DNA of 64,000 bases from an uncultured Solirubrobacterales bacterium (GCA_963746675.1 CAVVBX010000020.1:32647-96646), one strand, 5' to 3'. Positions 29,177-39,044 are shown, numbered from the stretch's first letter. Notes: generated by a model not told the origin, from the sequence alone. Numbers and translations: made by a program.

Positions 29177-30406
29177 ATGGCGACGGCTTCCGACCAGATC
29201 AACCGACTCAAGGACCGCATCGAGATGGTCTCGGTCGAGCGGGCGCGCGAGGAGATCGCCGACGGCACGAAGCTGATCGACGTCCGCGAGCAGAACGAGT
29301 GGGACGAGTCGCACCTCGAGAGCGCCATCCACGTGCCTCAGGGCGAGGTGGTGGAGCGGATCGACGAGATCGCCCCCGACACCTCCGAGCGCCTGCTCGT
29401 GCACTGCCGCACCGACAACCGCTCGGCGCTGGTCGCGGCCCAGCTCGAGAGCCTCGGCTACGACAACGTGGGCGTGATCGAGGGCGGGATCGTCGCCTGG
29501 GAGGACGCCGGCCTGCCGACTCGAAGCGACTCCGGACTGACCAAGGACCAGCGGATGCGCTACTCGCGCCACACGCTGCTGCCCGAGGTCGGCGTCGAGG
29601 GCCAGCTCAGGCTGCTGAGCTCGAAGGTGCTCCTGCTCGGTGCCGGCGGGCTCGGCGCTCCGACCGCGCTCTACCTTGCCGCCGCCGGAGTCGGGACGCT
29701 CGGGATCGTCGACGACGACGTCGTCGACGCCTCGAACCTCCAGCGCCAGGTGATCCACAACACCGAGCGGGTCGGTATCGCGAAGACCGCCTCCGCGCGG
29801 CTCACGATCGAGGCGCTCAACCCGGACGTCGAGGTGATCGAGCACAACGCGCGCCTCGACGCCTCCAACATCCTCGAGCTGATCGAGCCCTATGACGTGA
29901 TCGTCGACGGGGCCGACAACTTTCCCACCCGCTACCTGCTCAACGACGCCTCGGTGCGGCTCGGCAAGCCCGTCGTCTCGGCGTCCATCCTCGGCTTCGA
30001 CGGCCAGATCTCGACCTTCGTCCCCCACGAGGGCCCCTGCTATCGCTGCCTGTACCCGGTACCGCCGCCGCCCGAGCTGGCGCCGAGCTGCGGCGCAAAC
30101 GGGGTCCTCGGCGTGATGGCGGGCGTGATGGGACTGCTGCAGGCCAACGAGGTGATCAAGCTGGTCGCCGGAATCGGCGAACCGCTGATCGGCCGCTTGC
30201 TGCTGTACGAGTCGCTCGGCACCCGGTTCACCGAGCTCAAGGTCAAGCGCGACCCCGAGTGCCCGATCTGCGGCGACAACGCGCCCGAGATCCCGGCCGA
30301 GGAGCTGGGCAAGTTCCCCGACTACGAGCTCTTCTGCGGCGCTGCCGGCCCGCGAGCCCTCGCCCGCCTAGACGGCATCGCTACGTTTCAGCGATGCCGA
30401 CCGTGA
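29177..30406 (+). CDS. rhodanese-domain / MoeB-ThiF-type E1-like adenylyltransferase-sulfurtransferase (MoeZ-like)
   Basis: N-terminal rhodanese with active-site loop HCRTDNRS. E1 part LLLGAGGLGAPTALYLAAAGVG, DASNLQRQ, and zinc Cys pairs CYRC and CPIC. Confidence 0.85.
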   Translation: MATASDQINRLKDRIEMVSVERAREEIADGTKLIDVREQNEWDESHLESAIHVPQGEVVERIDEIAPDTSERLLVHCRTDNRSALVAAQLESLGYDNVGVIEGGIVAWEDAGLPTRSDSGLTKDQRMRYSRHTLLPEVGVEGQLRLLSSKVLLLGAGGLGAPTALYLAAAGVGTLGIVDDDVVDASNLQRQVIHNTERVGIAKTASARLTIEALNPDVEVIEHNARLDASNILELIEPYDVIVDGADNFPTRYLLNDASVRLGKPVVSASILGFDGQISTFVPHEGPCYRCLYPVPPPPELAPSCGANGVLGVMAGVMGLLQANEVIKLVAGIGEPLIGRLLLYESLGTRFTELKVKRDPECPICGDNAPEIPAEELGKFPDYELFCGAAGPRALARLDGIATFQRCRP

Positions 30407-30685
30407 AGATTCCCCCGGTGCTGCGCGCGCGCACCGGCGGCGAGAGCGAGGTGAGCGCCTCCGGCGTCGACGGTCGGCGAGGTGCTCTCCGCGCTCGCCG
30501 ACGGCCACCCCGATACCCGCGAGCAGCTCTTCTCCGACGATGGCGAGCTGAACCGTTACGTCAACGTCTATCTCAACGATGAGGACGTTCGCGTCCTCGA
30601 CGGCCTCGACACCTCTGTCTCCGAGGCCGACACGGTCGTCATTCTGCCCGCGATGGCGGGCGGCCGCTACTCGCCGCCCGTGTAG
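30394..30685 (+). pseudogene. cysO: CysO/MoaD-type ubiquitin-like sulfur carrier, one apparent frameshift, 6-residue tail after GG
   Basis: MPTVKIPPVLRARTGGESEVSASG (frame of listed ORF 30259) continues as STVGEVLSALADG...YVNVYLNDEDVRVLDG...VVILPAMAGGRYSPPV (listed ORF 30482..30685). The junction is at ~30465. Close to my recollection of M. tuberculosis CysO. Overlaps the E1 gene by 13 nt. Confidence 0.7.
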
Positions 30686-31905
30686 GTCGCGTACGCGTCC
30701 CAGGCCGGCTTCGCCTTCAGCTCGTCGGCCTCGAACAGGCCGGCCTTGGAGCACCATTCGCAGATCGGCGGGCCGCCAAGGTCGCGCCAGGCGAACCAGG
30801 TTACGTTGCCGATCCGGTAGGCGTCGCGGACTGAGAGCAGGTAGTCGAAGGCCTCGCGCAGCCGCTCGGCCTGCCCGCGCGGGCCGCGCTCGAACGGGTT
30901 GTCTCCGCGGCCGGACGACCAGCCGATCTCGGTGACCCAGAGCTCGCTCTCGGCGTCTCCGGCCGCGACCATCTCAGCGTGGATCCGCTCGATCTGCTCG
31001 ACCAGGCTCGGCATCTGGGCCGCGTACGGGTGCGCTCCTACCGCGTCGAAGTCATCGGCGATCCCGGGCGAGTCGTAGAGCCGGTCGAGGTAGTCCCAGG
31101 CCGTCAGCGACGGCGGTCGGCCGCCGAACGGAGTCCCGAACATCCCGCCGAGAATGATCTTCGCTTCCGGATCAGCCGCCCTGATCGCCCGCGCCGCCGA
31201 CGCGACCAGCGCTGCATACCCGGACACGTCGGGCCTGGGGAGATAGAAGCTCTCGGAGTTCTGTTCGTTCCAGACCTGCCAGGTCCGGATCGGCGCCTCG
31301 GGCAGCGCGGGGTGCTCGGTGAAGAACTCGCCTCCGGGCCCGTAGCGGGCGACCGCCGAGGCGACGAATCGGCGCCATGCCTCGAGTGCGGCCGCGGTGC
31401 GCGGCGCGTAGAGCCCGCAGGTCTCGCGGGCGCATTCGGACTCGTCGAGTCCTCTCGCCACCCACGCCGGGGTGCCGAAGAAGAACGGGACGGGCTCGAT
31501 CCCGTTACGGATCGCATCCGCGACCACGGGGTCGATCGCGCTCCAGTCTCGGTCGTCGCCGGCCGGCGTCGGCTCGATCGTCGCCCAGTCGAACAGCATC
31601 CGCAGGGCGCCGACCCTTCCCTCGCCCATCCGGTCGAGGTCTCCCGTGCTCAGCGGCGACTCCGAGACGACCCCGAAGAAGGAGCGCGGGGCGGCGCTCG
31701 GGGACTCGTCGGTTAGCGCCAGCGCGCCCACCAGGATGCCGACCCCGAGCACCGCCGCGGCGGCGATCAGCGCCGACCGGGTGGAGCTGGGGTTCGGGCG
31801 CCCGAGGATGGGCTCAGTGGCCGCCGGTGAACTTGGTGAAGGCGTCCCAGGACGGCTTCGGCGCAAGCGACTCGGTGAACAGACCCGAATACGGGCACCA
31901 CTCAC
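30667..31905 (-). CDS. clan GH-A-like glycoside hydrolase, paralog 1 (membrane-anchored)
   Basis: WNEQNS (acid/base Glu context) and WVTEIGW (nucleophile context). TM anchor ALIAAAAVLGVGILVGALAL. The start is uncertain (ATG 31905 or GTG 31884) and either overlaps paralog 2. Confidence 0.7.
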   Translation of the reverse strand: MSGARIRVCSPSRLRRSRPGTPSPSSPAATEPILGRPNPSSTRSALIAAAAVLGVGILVGALALTDESPSAAPRSFFGVVSESPLSTGDLDRMGEGRVGALRMLFDWATIEPTPAGDDRDWSAIDPVVADAIRNGIEPVPFFFGTPAWVARGLDESECARETCGLYAPRTAAALEAWRRFVASAVARYGPGGEFFTEHPALPEAPIRTWQVWNEQNSESFYLPRPDVSGYAALVASAARAIRAADPEAKIILGGMFGTPFGGRPPSLTAWDYLDRLYDSPGIADDFDAVGAHPYAAQMPSLVEQIERIHAEMVAAGDAESELWVTEIGWSSGRGDNPFERGPRGQAERLREAFDYLLSVRDAYRIGNVTWFAWRDLGGPPICEWCSKAGLFEADELKAKPAWDAYATYTGGE

Positions 31906-32932
31906 AGAGCCCGACGTCGCCGGCGGAGTTGTCGCGCCACGAGTACCACTCGACGGTCTGGATCTTGAGCTTGCGGCGCTTCTTCTTGAAGTACTTGAAC
32001 GCCTCCCGCAGCCGCTGAGCCTGCCCGGCCTTGCCGCGGTTGAGCGGGTTCTTGGGACCGCCGGAGGCCCAGCCGAGCTCGGTGATCCAGAGGCCGGTGT
32101 TCTTGTCGCGGGCGTCCTTCATCTCGTCGCGGAACAGGTCGAGTTGGGGGATCACCTTCCCCTTCAGGCTCGCCCCGTAGGGGTGGGCGGCGACGCCGTC
32201 GAACCAGCCCTTGACGCCTTTGACCCGGTAGAGCTTCTCGAGGTAGTCCCAGGCCGCGATCCCCGGCTTGCGGCCACCGAGCGGGGTCCCGAACATCCCT
32301 CCGAGGATGACCTGGGCGCCGGGGTCCTCGGCGGCGATCGCGTCGTGTCCGGCCTCGAGCACCTTCGCGTAGCTCTTCACGTTGGGCTTCGGCTTGTAGA
32401 AGCTGGGCGAGTTCTGCTCGTTGAGCAACTGCCAGGCGCGGATCGGAAGCTTGGGAATGGTCGGGTTCAGGCTCCAGAACTCGCCGTCGGGACCGTAGCG
32501 CCGGACCACGGCGCGCAGGAAGGTCGCCCACGCGTCGAGCGCGGCGCCTCCCTTCGGCGCGTAAGGCGAGCAGGTGGAGTCGCCGCAGTTGAAGCCGTCG
32601 AGGCCGTTGGCCACCCAGGTCGGGGTGCTGTAGATGAACGGCAGCGGTTGGATGCCGTTGCGCGCGGCCGCCCCGACGATCGCGTCCGGGCCCGCCCAGT
32701 TGTAGTCGTTCGGCGCCGCGGTCGGATCGACCCCCGCCCAGAAGAGCTCGAAGCGCAGCGTCCCGACCTTGCCCTGGCCCATGCGGTCGATGTCCGCTGT
32801 CGTCAGCGGGGCCTGGGGGACGACGCCGAAGAACGACTTCGGCACGGCGGCGCTCGCTGCGGTCGCCGCAGCGAGCACGCAGACCGCGAGCGCGGTCACG
32901 ACGAGTCCCGCTTGTCCCCACCTGGGCATCAC
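31814..32932 (-). CDS. clan GH-A-like glycoside hydrolase, paralog 2 (secreted)
   Basis: Signal AGLVVTALAVCVLAAATAASAA. LNEQNS and WITELGW. The start is GTG 32932 or ATG 32929 (TGATG junction with paralog 3). Confidence 0.75.
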   Translation of the reverse strand: MMPRWGQAGLVVTALAVCVLAAATAASAAVPKSFFGVVPQAPLTTADIDRMGQGKVGTLRFELFWAGVDPTAAPNDYNWAGPDAIVGAAARNGIQPLPFIYSTPTWVANGLDGFNCGDSTCSPYAPKGGAALDAWATFLRAVVRRYGPDGEFWSLNPTIPKLPIRAWQLLNEQNSPSFYKPKPNVKSYAKVLEAGHDAIAAEDPGAQVILGGMFGTPLGGRKPGIAAWDYLEKLYRVKGVKGWFDGVAAHPYGASLKGKVIPQLDLFRDEMKDARDKNTGLWITELGWASGGPKNPLNRGKAGQAQRLREAFKYFKKKRRKLKIQTVEWYSWRDNSAGDVGLCEWCPYSGLFTESLAPKPSWDAFTKFTGGH

Positions 32933-34044
32933 GAGCGGGCCACCCTAGCGAACGCCTTCCAGGCGGGCTTCGCCGATCCGTCCTTGGCCCTCAGGCCGGC
33001 ATGTCCACACCACTCGCAGATCGCGTCACCTCCGGCCTTGTCGCGCCACGAGTACCAGAACACCGCCTCGAGCCGAAAGCTGCGGGCGCGACGGCTCAAT
33101 CTCTTCAGCGTCTGCGAGAGCAGGCGCGCCTGGCCCTGCAGCCCCTTGACGTATGGGTGTCCCTTGGGCCCGGCCGCGGCCCATCCCAGCTCGGTCACCC
33201 AGAGGCCGACCTCGGGATCACCGAGGCTCTCGACAAGCTTGCGGGCGGCCTCGATCTGATCCACGGACTGCCCGGCCGTGGCGGCGTACGGATGCAGGGC
33301 GATCGCGTCGAAGCTGTCGCGGATTCCGGCGACGCTGTAGAGCCGCTTCAGGTAGGAGCTCACGGTCAGCAAGCCCTTGCGGCTGGACTCGGGTCCCCAC
33401 ATCCCGCCGAGGATCACCTCAGCGCTCGGGTCCGCCACCTTGATCGCGCTCGATGCCCGGCTCAGCAGCGAGGCATAGCGTTCAACCCGAACCTGTGGAG
33501 CGAAGTACTTGGCCGAGTTCTGCTCGTTCCAGATCTGCCACGCGCTGACCGGCCGGGGCTCGGTGCAGGCGCAGGGCGCCTCCGAGGCAGGCTCGGTGGC
33601 CGGCTCCCAGAACGCGCCCCCGGCTCCGTAGCGCTCCGCGGCGGCGCCGGCGAAGCTCGCGAACGCGGCTTGGGTGGCGGGCGTGCGGGGGACGAAGACG
33701 CCGCAACGATCACTGCGGCAGCGGCGGCCATCCTGGCGCGCCGCCCATGCGGGCATCCCATAGAGGAAGAACAGGGGGCTGATCCCGTGCGCGGTGGTCT
33801 CGCGCACCATCGCGTCCATCGCGCCCCAGTTGTAGACACCCGGCGCCGGCTCGGCGTTCGCCCAGCTCGCCATCAAGCGCACGCTCTCGATCCCGGCACG
33901 AGGCATCAGCTCGAGGTCGGCCGAGGACGGCAGGGCGCCATCCTGCGGCACCACCCCGTAGGTCGGGCTCGCGGCGGCCGCCCCGGCCATGGTCGCCAGG
34001 GCGGTGAATGTCGCCGCGAGGAGGGTCACTCCCCGCCGCGCCAT
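32929..34044 (-). CDS. clan GH-A-like glycoside hydrolase, paralog 3 (secreted)
   Basis: Signal LLAATFTALATMAGAAAA. WNEQNS and WVTELGW. TGATG junction with the upstream gene. Confidence 0.75.
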   Translation of the reverse strand: MARRGVTLLAATFTALATMAGAAAASPTYGVVPQDGALPSSADLELMPRAGIESVRLMASWANAEPAPGVYNWGAMDAMVRETTAHGISPLFFLYGMPAWAARQDGRRCRSDRCGVFVPRTPATQAAFASFAGAAAERYGAGGAFWEPATEPASEAPCACTEPRPVSAWQIWNEQNSAKYFAPQVRVERYASLLSRASSAIKVADPSAEVILGGMWGPESSRKGLLTVSSYLKRLYSVAGIRDSFDAIALHPYAATAGQSVDQIEAARKLVESLGDPEVGLWVTELGWAAAGPKGHPYVKGLQGQARLLSQTLKRLSRRARSFRLEAVFWYSWRDKAGGDAICEWCGHAGLRAKDGSAKPAWKAFARVARS

Positions 34045-34643
34045 CAGGGTGACTGGGTCTCGCTCGGGGTGACGCCGCCGGCGCCCTGCGCGGGGCCGGG
34101 GTCGGTTCCGTCGCCGTCCCCCCGCCGCAGCCGCCAGATTGCGATGCCGGTGCAGACAGCGGCGACCACGGCGAGCACGATCAGCAGCACGGGCGCGCCG
34201 CCGTCGTCCGAGGCGGCTGCCGTGAGAGCAGCCTCCTCGGCCTTGGTGGAGGACCCCGCGCCGCCGTTCTTCGATCCCTGCTGCGCGTTGCCGCTGCCGT
34301 TGCCCTGGTTCCCGCTCCCGCTCCCGCTCCCGCCCTCGTCCGCGCCGCCGTTGCCGCCGCCCTCGGTTGTGGGCGCGGTGCCGGTGGGACCGGAGCCCGA
34401 GCCGTTGCCTCCCCCGCTTGCCGGGATTGCCGCCGACCCGGAGTCTTCATCGGACGACCCCGAGGAGCCGCTGTCCTGGCTGGTCGGCTCGTCGGTATCG
34501 GGCTTCGGGACATCGCCGAGCTGATACTCGTCGACGGCGGCCTGGGCGGCCGCGAAGCCGGGTGCGACGAGTGCGCAGCCGCCGAGCATCGCCAGTGCGC
34601 AACCGAGCCCGACCGCGGTCCTAGACTTCCTGCCTTGCCTCAT
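34044..34643 (-). CDS. Gly/Ser/Asp-rich surface protein with C-terminal membrane anchor
   Basis: ATG 34643 preceded by GGAAGGG. Signal/lipobox-like GLGCALAMLGGCALVAPGFAAAQA. Low-complexity GSG/GNG region. C-terminal helix VLLIVLAVVAAVCTGIAIW followed by RLRRGD. Confidence 0.6.
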   Translation of the reverse strand: MRQGRKSRTAVGLGCALAMLGGCALVAPGFAAAQAAVDEYQLGDVPKPDTDEPTSQDSGSSGSSDEDSGSAAIPASGGGNGSGSGPTGTAPTTEGGGNGGADEGGSGSGSGNQGNGSGNAQQGSKNGGAGSSTKAEEAALTAAASDDGGAPVLLIVLAVVAAVCTGIAIWRLRRGDGDGTDPGPAQGAGGVTPSETQSP

Positions 34644-34707
34644 CCGTCGCCACCCTTCCTGTTTGAACCCGGGATCAGCGTACACGCTGCCCGGATTTAG
34701 TCGTCGC

Positions 34708-36630
34708 ATGCGCATGCCCAGGATCGAACACGGGATCACGGCGGCGGTTGCGGTCGGCATCGCCGGTCTGGGCCTGGCCGAGGGAGGCTTCGCGCCGACG
34801 GTCTATGCCGCGACGGCGGTGATCGTCTGGGGCGCTGTCGTGATCGGGCTTGCGGCGGGGGCGGTACCCCGCTCCCCGCCGCCGACCTCGGCGATCACCG
34901 CCGGCCTGCTGATCGCCGGATTCGCCGGCCTCATTGCGCTGTCGATGATCTGGGCCAGCGACAACGGCCTGGCTTTCGAGGACGTCGTCCGGGCGCTCGC
35001 CTACCTCGGCGTCTTCGTGCTCGTGGTGCTCGCCTCGCGCCGCGCCGAGGCGGGAGCATGGTTGCGCGGAATCGCGATCGGACTCGTGGCCGTCGGCGCG
35101 ATCGCGCTGATGGCCCGTTTCGAGCCGGGCCCCTTCGGCGACCCGGACGCGGCGCTGCGCGAGACGCTTCCCGCGGCCAGCGGGCGTCTCACCTACCCGA
35201 TCGGCTACTGGAACGGGCTCGCGGCGGCGATGGCGACCGCGGTCGTCCTGCTTGGCTGGATCGCGACCGCCGGGGCGCATCGCCTCGGTCGGACGCTGGC
35301 GCTGGCCGGGCTGCCGATCGTCGTGCTCGCCCTCTGGGCCACCGACTCGCGTGGCGGGATCGTCGCGGCGGCGGCGGCGTTCGCGGTCCTGGTCGCCTTC
35401 GGCCCGAAGCGGCTCGGCCTGATCGTGAACCTGGTCCTCGGCGTCGCCGCCGGCTCCGTGCTGGTCGCGTTCGCGAGCGGCCGCGACGAGCTGTTCCAGT
35501 ACCCCGGGGCACCCCCCGCGGAGGCCGAGGCGGGCGGCATGCTGCTGCTGACGGTGCTCGTGGTGCTCGTGGCCGGGCTGCTTCGCTACGCCCTCGATCG
35601 CCCCCTGGGCTCGCTCTCGGTCGCCCGCATTCCGCGCAACGGTGTGAGGATCGCTGTGGTGACGGTCGCGATCGCTGCGGTTGTGGGGATCGTCGCCCTC
35701 GACCCGGTTCAGCGCTTCGAGGACTTCAAGGCGCCACCCAGCGGCGACGAGGTCACCTCCGGGCAGCCTGATCTGCTGCGCTCGGGTGGAAGCGGCCGCT
35801 ACCAGTTCTGGGAGGTCGCCGTGAATGCCTTCGCCGACGCCCCGCTCGGGGGGCTGGGCTCGGGCGGATACGGCGCCTACTGGCTCCAGCACCGGGACTA
35901 TCCGCTGACCGCGACCCGCGCCCATTCGCTCGCCTTCGAGAGCCTGGCGGAGCTCGGCCTCGTCGGCCTCGCTCTCGTGATCGGGTTCTTTGCCACCGCC
36001 TTGGTGAGCGGCGTCCGGCGCCGGCGAGCGCCCGGGCCGTCGCCCGAGATCGGCCCGGCGGTCGGCGTGCTCGTGGTCGGGCGTGCTGGCGGCCGCCGTC
36101 GACTGGACCTGGGACCTGCCGGCGGTCTTCGTGCCCGCGATGATCGCCGCGGCATTGCTCGCCGGGCCCGCGACGCAGCCCACCGACCGGGTGCCGACCG
36201 ATCCGGCGACGGCGTGGGGCGAGGTCCGCAGCCGCCGACGCTTCGCCGGCGGCGTCGCGGTCCTGCTGGTCGCCTGGCTCTCGATCTGCGCCGGCGGCCT
36301 GCTGCTGCTTTCCGATCACTCGCTCGAGTCGAGCCGTGACGCGGCCTCCCGTGGCGATCTCGAGGCGGCGATCGAGGCCGCCGGCAGACGCCCGCGACCT
36401 CGAACCGTGGGCGGCCGAGCCGCGGACACAGCTCGCGCTGCTGTACGAACGACGCCGGCGACTACGTCGCTGCGCTTGAGGCGATGCGAGGGGCGATCGA
36501 GCGCTCCCCGCGCGACTTCGAGCTCTACCTGCTCAGAGCGCGCATTGAGCTGGAGGGGGGCGATCTGGCCGCCGCCGAGACGAGCTTCGAGCACGCCCGC
36601 CGGCTCAACCCGCTCGACCCGACTCGTTAG
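34708..36630 (+). pseudogene. O-antigen ligase-like (Wzy_C) polytopic protein with C-terminal TPR-like tail, about 3 frameshifts
   Basis: ATG 34708. More than 10 TM segments, including ATDSRGGIVAAAAAF. The frames change at ~36080 (VGVLVVG / VLAAAVDWTWDLP), ~36383 and ~36455. The last frame gives ...LALLYERR / GDYVAALEAMRGAIERSPRDFELYLLRARIELEGGDLAAAETSFEHARRLNP, ending at TAG 36628..36630. Confidence 0.7.
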
Positions 36631-36681
36631 CACGCTCCATTCGTTCTCCGCGGCGAGTAGGGAGAGGCCGCCCCGCCCGGA

Positions 36682-37620
36682 TCACTCCTCGTCGTCGTGG
36701 GTCGGCTCGAGGGGCAGGCGCTGCTCGAGCCAGCGGTAACGGTCGCTGGTCGGATCGAGCCTCGGGCTCACCTTCTCGAGCCCGTCGGGAAGGTGGAACC
36801 AGAGCCGGTAGTGGAGGTGGACGATCTCGGGGAGGTCGAGCTCGCGAGCGCCCGGCGTCAGCGCCTGGCGGTGGCGAAGCGGGTAGTTGTAGGCAGGGGA
36901 CAGGACCCTGATCCGGTCGTGGTAGTCGGCGGTCACACCCGCCCAGCTGAGCTGGTCCATGAACTGCGGCCAGCGCTTCTGGACGATCCCGGCGTCGAAC
37001 AGCCGCGCCAGGGCGTCCTCCCAGGCTCCGAACAGCCCGGCCGAGCGGCGCTCCGCGATCAGGCCGCTGTTCCAGTAGGCGCGGATTCGCATCTGGCCGA
37101 CGGCCGTCTCGGCGAACGGCCGCTGCGTGACGCCGAGCTCCGCGTACATCCGACGCCAGAAAGGCTCGTTCTTGCCCTTGCCCCGCGACCCGGCGATCCG
37201 CCTGTCGACCGGGCGCATCGCCGCCACCCAGCCGTCGCCGCCGAGCTCCGAAGGCTCGCCGAGGAAGACGCTGTCGGTATCGGTGAACACGAGGGTCTCG
37301 TGATCGAGCTCGCGCTCGGCCCAGGCCGAGACGGCAACCTTGTTGAAGGTCGGGATCTCGTCGAAGCGCTCGACCAGGGGCTCATCGATGAACGTCGCGC
37401 CGTGGGCCTCCAGCCGTTCGACCGTCGCCGGTTCGGGGCCGTGGTCGCGGCGCGGCGCGAAGGCGTAGACGGGCGATTCGCTCCAGGCGCCGCCCCAGGT
37501 GCGCAGGCTCTCGACCAGGAGCACCGCCTCGCTCTCAAGCCTGCCGCGCTCGACGCAGATCAGAAATGCCGTGGTTGCGCTCAAAGCGACGGGGGAGGGT
37601 AGATCATTGAACCGGCTCAC
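36682..37620 (-). CDS. GT8-like nucleotide-diphospho-sugar transferase (putative)
   Basis: 312 aa. The LVFTDTDSVFL DxD context and FNKV are typical of GT-A/GT8-like proteins. No TM segment. Confidence 0.5.
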   Translation of the reverse strand: MSRFNDLPSPVALSATTAFLICVERGRLESEAVLLVESLRTWGGAWSESPVYAFAPRRDHGPEPATVERLEAHGATFIDEPLVERFDEIPTFNKVAVSAWAERELDHETLVFTDTDSVFLGEPSELGGDGWVAAMRPVDRRIAGSRGKGKNEPFWRRMYAELGVTQRPFAETAVGQMRIRAYWNSGLIAERRSAGLFGAWEDALARLFDAGIVQKRWPQFMDQLSWAGVTADYHDRIRVLSPAYNYPLRHRQALTPGARELDLPEIVHLHYRLWFHLPDGLEKVSPRLDPTSDRYRWLEQRLPLEPTHDDEE

Positions 37621-37646
37621 CCACGGGCCCGGGTTCGCTCCCTTCG

Positions 37647-39044
37647 GTGACGGCGGAGGTTAGGCTCTGGGCACAATGTTGGAGGGTCCCCCTGCCGCTA
37701 GAGGCGGATCAGGGCGGTCGGGACGAGGCTCGCAGGCCTCGCTTCTGGCGCGATGCCCTGCGCCGCCGCCTGCTCGCGGTCGCCGATCTGATCGCGGCCG
37801 TCGCGGCGAGCATCGTCGTCGCAAGCTCGACCGCCGATGCCTTCTGGGCCCTCGTCCTGCTCCCGGTCTGGATCGTGCTGGCGAAGCTGATCGGCCTCTA
37901 CGACCGTGACCACGCCGCAATTCGCCACCTGACGATCGACGAGTTGCCGGCGATCGCCGCCTGGGGGGGTGCGGGGATCGCGATGCTGGCGCTGATCCTG
38001 CCCCAGACCCCCGCCGGCGACGTCGATCCGGCCGCCGCCCTGGTGGGCTGGCTGGTGGCCACCGCCGTCGCCCTGGTGGGGCGGGGCGGGGCGCGTTGGC
38101 TGTGGCGACGGACGACCCCGCCGGAGCTGACCGCCGTGCTCGGTGCAGGTGATCTCGCCGAGATGATCCGTCGCAAGCTCGAGCTGTTCCCCGACATGCA
38201 CCTGCGCCTCGTCGACGACGGCACGCCACGGGCGTTCGACGACCTCGTCACCCAGGTCGACCGCGTGATCTTCGCCTCCGACGTGATGGAGCCCGGCGAG
38301 GTCGGCGGACTGGTCGCCGAGTGCCGTGAGCGACAGGTGAAGCTGAGCGTGATCTCGCCGCTGCACGGGCGAGCGGGGCCGGTGCGGCTCTCGCGCGTCG
38401 CGGACCTGCCGGTGCTCGAGTACGAGACCTGGGATCCCTCGCGCTCGACGGCGATGATCAAGCGCGGATTCGACATCGTCGTCTCGTCGGTCGGTCTGCT
38501 GGTCACCGCGCCGCTGTTCCCGGTGATCGCGCTTGCCATCAGGCTCGACTCGAAGGGACCGGTGTTCTTCTCGCAGGCGCGGGCCGGGCTCGACGGCCGC
38601 CCGTTCGAGATGCACAAGTTCCGCACCATGGTCGCCGACGCCGAGGACCGCCTCGCCGACGTGGTCCGGCTCGATGACCTTCGCGAGCCGGTGTTCAAGC
38701 TCTCCGAGGATCCCCGCGTGACCCGGGTCGGCCGCTTCCTGCGCCGCCTCAGCCTCGACGAGCTACCGCAGCTCTGGAACGTGCTGCGGGGCGAGATGAG
38801 CATCGTCGGCCCGCGCCCCGAGCAGATCGAGCTGGTTGAGCGCTACCGGCCCGAGCATCGGTTCCGGCTCAGCGTCAAGCCGGGGATCACCGGGCCGATG
38901 CAGGTCTTCGGCCGCGGCGACCTCACCTTCCACGAGCGGCTGGCGGTCGAGCTCGACTACATCGAGAACCTCTCGCTCTCGCGCGATCTGCGGATCATCG
39001 CCGAGACGCTTCCGGTCACCCTGCGCGGATCCGGCGCCTATTAG
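37647..39044 (+). CDS. polyprenyl-phosphate glycosyl-1-phosphate transferase (bacterial sugar transferase, WbaP-like)
   Basis: N-terminal TM segments. C-terminal IKRGFDIVVS...SKGPVFFSQ.R.G..GR.F...KFRTM...DELPQLWNVLRGEMSIVGPRP. Confidence 0.9.
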   Translation: MTAEVRLWAQCWRVPLPLEADQGGRDEARRPRFWRDALRRRLLAVADLIAAVAASIVVASSTADAFWALVLLPVWIVLAKLIGLYDRDHAAIRHLTIDELPAIAAWGGAGIAMLALILPQTPAGDVDPAAALVGWLVATAVALVGRGGARWLWRRTTPPELTAVLGAGDLAEMIRRKLELFPDMHLRLVDDGTPRAFDDLVTQVDRVIFASDVMEPGEVGGLVAECRERQVKLSVISPLHGRAGPVRLSRVADLPVLEYETWDPSRSTAMIKRGFDIVVSSVGLLVTAPLFPVIALAIRLDSKGPVFFSQARAGLDGRPFEMHKFRTMVADAEDRLADVVRLDDLREPVFKLSEDPRVTRVGRFLRRLSLDELPQLWNVLRGEMSIVGPRPEQIELVERYRPEHRFRLSVKPGITGPMQVFGRGDLTFHERLAVELDYIENLSLSRDLRIIAETLPVTLRGSGAY

